Assembly: GCA_021107435.1 (NCBI GenBank)
Contig: JAIOSV010000060.1
Span: 9,824-73,823 of the forward strand
DNA from: Candidatus Sabulitectum sp.
GTDB taxonomy: Bacteria; Fermentibacterota; Fermentibacteria; Fermentibacterales; JCC-6
Length of the DNA stretch: 64,000 nucleotides
Direction: 5' to 3'
The notes beneath the pieces were generated by a model that did not search any database, was not told where the DNA came from, and was given only the letters and a program-made list of their open reading frames with translations. Below, in pieces: positions 63,520 to 64,000 of the stretch. A program made the translations under genes and the position numbers. Position 1 is the stretch's first letter; every line of letters starts with the position of its first letter.

Positions 63520-63959
63520 TATTCTTTTTCAAGGTAAAAGTTGATCTGAAATTCCTGAAATTCCTGATCTCTCTCCGGGAATAGAAGCGTATCTTTAGCG
63601 GCAAACAAGCCATTCTGATCTCCATCAATATCAGTAGCGATAACTCGAACAGTGTCAGGCCAGGGGTAAAATTCGTTTTCAATGAACTGCTGGTACTGCC
63701 CGTTTTCATCCGACAGAGAAGTACTGTAATCAATGGATGAATCAGGGCTGGCTATTTGAATTTGTATCCCCGCAATAGAACTGCTGTCTGCGGCAGAGGA
63801 AGTTTGACCGGAGAAATAGAGTGTCGCGGGCGGACCGTAAGTCGGTTCAGCTACTGAATCACAGCATGAAAGTATACCGGCCAGACTCAATGCTGAAGCA
63901 AACAGTTTCGAGATCAGCCTAAGAAAGACAATTCTTCCGCTTCTTACTGCTTCAGCCAT
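63519..63959 (-). CDS. Lipoprotein, paralogue 1 (radical-SAM-associated)
   Basis: Lipobox AGILSCC. AGGAGG RBS upstream of the ATG at 63959. 146 aa. Paralogous to the 63064-63519 product. Confidence 0.75.
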   Translation of the reverse strand: MAEAVRSGRIVFLRLISKLFASALSLAGILSCCDSVAEPTYGPPATLYFSGQTSSAADSSSIAGIQIQIASPDSSIDYSTSLSDENGQYQQFIENEFYPWPDTVRVIATDIDGDQNGLFAAKDTLLFPERDQEFQEFQINFYLEKE

Positions 63960-64000
63960 GGAAAACCTCCTTTTCTCAATCTACTCCCTGATATCAGCAT

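Noticed and set aside
1-64000. Search by eye for CRISPR arrays, tRNA/rRNA genes, IS elements, integrases, reverse transcriptases, toxin-antitoxin pairs or known defence-system genes.
   Set aside because: All non-coding gaps are under 500 nt and contain no spaced direct repeats or cloverleaf-like sequences. No ORF shows transposase, integrase, Cas or RT motifs. This was manual inspection only; tRNAscan, Infernal, ISfinder and defence-system HMMs would be needed for certainty.

Overview
Densely coded 64 kb window (about 55 protein genes, mostly minus strand). By eye I found no rRNA, tRNA, CRISPR array, transposase, integrase or phage genes. The gene content looks like an uncultivated T9SS-bearing (FCB-group-like) bacterium, because six secreted proteins end in a Por/T9SS-type C-terminal sorting domain. 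That taxonomic guess is inference only.

Layout:
- 1-5.2 kb: housekeeping cluster rimM-KH-rpsP-ffh, then rpe, a kinase-less PASTA protein and an HD hydrolase.
- 5.4-7.1 kb: a large polytopic membrane protein.
- 7.5-10.9 kb: a NosP-like FIST sensor plus a sensor-less hybrid histidine kinase.
- 10.9-16.5 kb: cysK, satP, then kbl - carrier protein - acsA-like ligase - acpS.
- 17.5-20.5 kb: pmbA/tldD and ppnP.
- 25.5-29.6 kb: GH127-galK-galT.
- Scattered: two further hybrid kinases, a REC-PAS regulator, and a GGDEF-STAND-TPR protein.
- 40.2-51.4 kb: a T9SS-cargo transglutaminase/C25/metalloprotease operon, followed by two TrmB-regulator + T9SS-cargo modules.
- 60.7-64.0 kb: a methyltransferase-Nudix pair and a radical SAM/SPASM gene.

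Candidates most worth follow-up:
1. A radical SAM/SPASM enzyme translationally coupled to two tandem paralogous lipoproteins (61966-63959).
2. Two paralogous tandem pairs of TPR sensor genes. One pair carries HD-GYP outputs; the other carries an uncharacterised CxxC...HGxCPxC tail, and one copy of that tail is broken by a 20-nt deletion.
3. A probable leaderless Cys-Cys leader peptide plus attenuator in front of cysK.
4. A Kbl-like oxoamine synthase embedded with a dedicated carrier protein, an AcsA-like ligase and AcpS.
5. Three secreted proteins ending in a shared short SW[AG]xIK..F motif that is distinct from the T9SS CTD.

All homology statements come from my reading of the translated sequences. 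No database search was run.
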